A stretch of 64,000 bases of DNA, from positions 1 through 64,000 of the forward strand of contig NW_021824833.1 in NCBI RefSeq assembly GCF_006345805.1, given 5' to 3'. The translations under genes and the position numbers were made by a program. Under the pieces are notes generated by a model. It was not told the origin of the DNA, ran no database searches, and saw nothing but the letters and a program-made list of their open reading frames with translations. Numbering within the stretch: the first letter of the stretch is position 1; each line of letters begins with the position of its first letter. The stretch comes from Octopus sinensis. Lineage: Eukaryota. This document shows, piece by piece, positions 60,716 to 64,000 of the stretch.

Positions 60716-60756
60716 TAATAATAATAATAATAATGATAATGATGATGATGATGATG

Positions 60757-60815
<59 letters not shown>
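59370..60815. repeat. About 1.2-kb polypyrimidine (CT)n/(CTT)n tract followed by (AAT)n, upstream of KHK
   Basis: Directly visible; includes ctctccctttca 12-mers. Confidence 0.95.
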
Positions 60816-60864
60816 TTATTCTTTTTATATTTTTAATAATAATAATGGTTTCAAATTTTTCCAC

Positions 60865-61009
60865 AAGGGCAACAATTTGGGGAGAGGGGGCTAGGTGATT
60901 ACATTGGCCTCAGTATTTCACTGGTACTTAATTTATCGACTCCTAAAGGAAGAAAGGTAAAGTCGACTTCGGCAAAATTTGAACTCAGAACGTAAAGACA
61001 GACGAAATA
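60865..61009 (-). mobile_element. Headless SINE-A starting at TATTTCGTCTG, directly 3' of the deleted Tx1
   Basis: gacagacgaaata at 60997-61009 abuts the Tx1 3' end. Confidence 0.8.
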
Positions 61010-61014
61010 ATAAT

Positions 61015-62545
61015 AATTGTTTCTTTATTGGCCACAAGGGCCGAACATAGAAGCAAATAGGGACAATACAAAGCAAGGGACAAGTGGGGTTTAACCCCCC
61101 AAAAATCGATTAAACAATAAAATAATGTCAATTAACAATATAATTAAACAATCAAAAATTCTCCAAAAGTGGAGAGTTCCACATAGGGACCACTGAGGAA
61201 CCCCACACACCCTGGTTACCCCGAACGCGAGGTGCACCTCGGCAGGCGCTCCTCTCCTTCTCGACTCCTCCGGTTTACAAGCGAATGTTCAGAGTAGGCC
61301 TATTCACACGTGCCATCCTCGCCACATTCACCCACCTTTCAACAGAAATATTGGGGGTGGGGCAGAACTTCCTTCACTTTCACTTTCCTTTTCAGATGGA
61401 ATTTGGAAAAGTCGACGAGGGCTTCGCCGAAGAGGAAAGCATCTGTCTTCAGACCTTTCAATCTCGCCCACAACACTACCTCCTTCGCCATAACCACCAA
61501 ACAGATGAAAACTGACGTTTTTTTCTCGGCCAAAAGAAGGCGGCGGTGCGATCTTCACGGTGGACTCGGTTGATAACCGGATCCGTCCTACACGCGTCAA
61601 CAAAGCTCCACAAGTCAGTAGTGCCCGGACACTGGACGAGTGCAGGCGGGGCGGTTTAATTGCCCTGCGTACACCTCGGACAGGTCCGTCAGACAGCACT
61701 TCCGTATCTGTAGGACTTGTCTCGAACCGACAGGGCTCCCTGGTAGCACTGCCAGGCCAGCGATTTCTGGAAGTTATCTATAGGCCCCCGGCCCGAAAGT
61801 CCTCCGGAAAAGACCAGCTGATTGATCTTTACCGACGCCCAGAATTACTCCGAGGACGTCATCGTTCTTTCCCGCCACCAATCCCTTATAGAACTCCATA
61901 ATGGAACTTCAGATTGTCACTTTCATTTATTACCACGCAAGCGAGTACCCACTACAGATCTAGTTCTGGTGGCACTTCCTATATGATAATCTTCATCGCC
62001 CTTCTTCCCATATATGTAATGAAGAGCACGAATACCTCGCTACAGCAGGCGGCCAGCGAGTGTTTAATAGCCAGGTCCTCAGTTTTAAAAAACTTTCACC
62101 CCGACTAACTGCTTCACCCTCGATATACGGCCGATGTCCTGCTAAATATCGTGAAGGACCCTTTCTATCTAGGTGTTCGTTGCCATTCCGAGCCGTTTCG
62201 ATTTACGACTAATGCAGTGTTACGTCACTATTTTCCTGGCTGTGTTTTCTAACGTTTCTGGTGGTGGTGATAGTCTGCCCTCTTCCCATCGATTTTTCTA
62301 AATTTTAAAATGGACGTCGCCATCTTGACGGAATTGCTTTTAAACGCCTCTCGAGCGATATTCTGGTGGGCTTAATATTACCCCTTACAGGGCCAAACAA
62401 CCACAGAAAACCTAGTCACAAGTTCTTGGATTTTTCAGTAACAAATTGGAGCGAAAATTCCGAGCGAAAAACAGCACCAAACGGGTGTATAGAATGAATA
62501 TAATGAAGACTTACTTCGAGCGTTCGAAAACACGTCCGACGTACT
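61015..62545 (-). mobile_element. Internally deleted Tx1-family element (5' UTR + start of ORF1 joined to end of ORF2 + 3' UTR)
   Basis: YMGRRAMKIII.EVPPELDL.WVLACVVI matches ORF1 YMGMRTSRIKITRVPPEVEPMWLLAAVLI. DNFQKSLAWQCYQGAL and RIRLSTESTVKIAPP match the ORF2 C-terminus. The junction is near 61900; the 3' end reads GGCCCTTGTGGCCAATAAAGAAA. Confidence 0.85.
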
Positions 62546-62574
62546 CCGCAGCAAATATAATGATAATAATAATA

Positions 62575-62770
62575 ATCCTTTCTACTAGAGGCACAAGGCC
62601 TGAAATTTCGGAGAGGAGACTAGTCGATTACATCGACCCCAGTGTTTCACTGGTACTTAATTTATCAACCCCTAAAGGATGAAAGGCAAAGTCGGCCGCG
62701 GCGGAATTTGAACTCAGAACGTAAGGACGGACGAAATGCCGCTAAGCATTTTTGACGAGCGTGCGAAAGA
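62575..62770 (-). mobile_element. SINE-A copy
   Basis: Core and tail match the family; flanked by (att)n. Confidence 0.8.
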
Positions 62771-62773
62771 TTC

Positions 62774-62824
<51 letters not shown>

Positions 62825-62829
<5 letters not shown>

Positions 62830-63235
62830 TAATAATAATAACAATGATTTTTTAGTAGTAGTTCGTTTGATGAAGACATCACCGTCTTAGACAGAATAAT
62901 ATTCATAAAAACTTTTTTTATGTATGTATTCTCATGCATATAGTTGCATATCTAGACATGTTCTTATTGATAAACTTCAGGAAAGTTCTACAGATTTTTA
63001 CAGTTCCATTGATGGACTGGATCTGTAGCCTTCGAATTAGCTTTCTCCTTTCTGATTTTGAGAAGCGTAATTTCTCAAAATTGGTATTTAGGCAGTGTGT
63101 TACATATCCCAGAGCTCCAATAATTACAGGTATAAACCTGAACTTGTAATCTGGATAGAGTAACTGTAGATTTCTCAATAGTTCAGCATAGGTATTCTCT
63201 TTTTCACTGATCTTCAGCTTTATGTTATCATCCGT
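62825..63235 (-). mobile_element. 3' fragment of a second RLE-type non-LTR family
   Basis: DDNIKLKISEKENTYAELLRNLQLLYPDYKFRFIPVIIGALG...LQIQSINGTVKICRTF. Confidence 0.75.
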
Positions 63236-63306
63236 ATGTATGTATGTATGTATGTATGTATGTATGTATGTATGTATGTACGTATGTATGTATGTATGTA
63301 TGTATG

Positions 63307-63655
63307 ACCCTGCCTCAGTAAAGCTGGACTCAAGAGTTATCTTCGTAGTCATAAAGCGAGACAGATGAGTGATAACCTGGCCACTGGTGGTGGTGTTACA
63401 CACCATACTAATCATATCTGTTGGGCATGTGGAAGAAAGTGTAATTCGGCGGGAGGACTTAAACGACATGCAAAGGTACATGAAGCCCAGTTACAACTAC
63501 AGTCGGCTACTGCCGGTAAAGGTTTTAGCTGCCAATTCTGTACAAGACATTGTAGATCTTTAGCTGGGCAAAAAAGTCACGTTCGATCACAGCACCAATA
63601 ACAGTTAAGCTTCGTGCAATGGCCATACTCGATAACGAGGGGGCAACCATCATGT
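63307..63655 (+). mobile_element. RTE-type 3' end with tandem C2H2 zinc fingers and a (TATG)n tail
   Basis: CWACGRKCNSAGGLKRHAKVH and CQFCTRHCRSLAGQKSHVRSQH, plus a partial third finger upstream; short 3' UTR, then catc(atgt)n. Confidence 0.7.
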
Positions 63656-64000
63656 ATGTATGTATGTATGTATGTATGTATGTAGACCAAGAAAAAAGTA
63701 ACAAGAATGGATCAGTAGTTTAGTACAATTGTTTCATACTAAGAACATTTTATTTAAAGCTGCAAATATTACAGCAAATATAATGTCAAGTATTCATCAG
63801 CTAAATCACATATATGTTTTCCAAACATCCTAGAGAGTGTAAATATCCTTATGGAGTATTAGGAGTGAGTTCTATGAATTTGAAGTAAGATTATAAGCAG
63901 ACTTTATATGTTTTCCAACAATGAACAGTTTTTAAAAAAAGTTTTTAAAATGATTATTAACTTCCCAGAGAAGGTAAATCCATCCATAAAGATGCAGATA

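Overview
Eukaryotic, microsatellite- and retroelement-saturated DNA. The repeat landscape suggests an octopus/coleoid cephalopod; this is inferred from SINE types and simple repeats, not from a database hit. One host gene is identifiable: an 8-exon ketohexokinase (KHK, PfkB family) on the minus strand, ATG at 58977 to stop at 37154. Its CDS is 950 nt, one base short of an intact 316-aa frame, with the phase break at the exon 3/exon 4 junction. Almost all listed ORFs are translations of simple repeats. The rest of the window holds a full-length Tx1-clade LINE (16959-22312), an internally deleted Tx1 relative (about 61015-62545), R4/Dong, HERO, RTE and Penelope-like fragments, several tRNA-derived SINE families, Helitron/Helentron-type elements and several hammerhead-ribozyme motifs. 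The most striking pattern is an apparent target-specific LINE/SINE system. The Tx1 LINE inserts at a GGTATTT-centred site inside the commonest SINE. A SINE subfamily carrying the Tx1 3' tail inserts at the same site, including inside its own kind, and builds precise headless tandem arrays. A second theme is hammerhead-bearing Penelope-type terminal repeats, one of which is fused to a tRNA-derived head.
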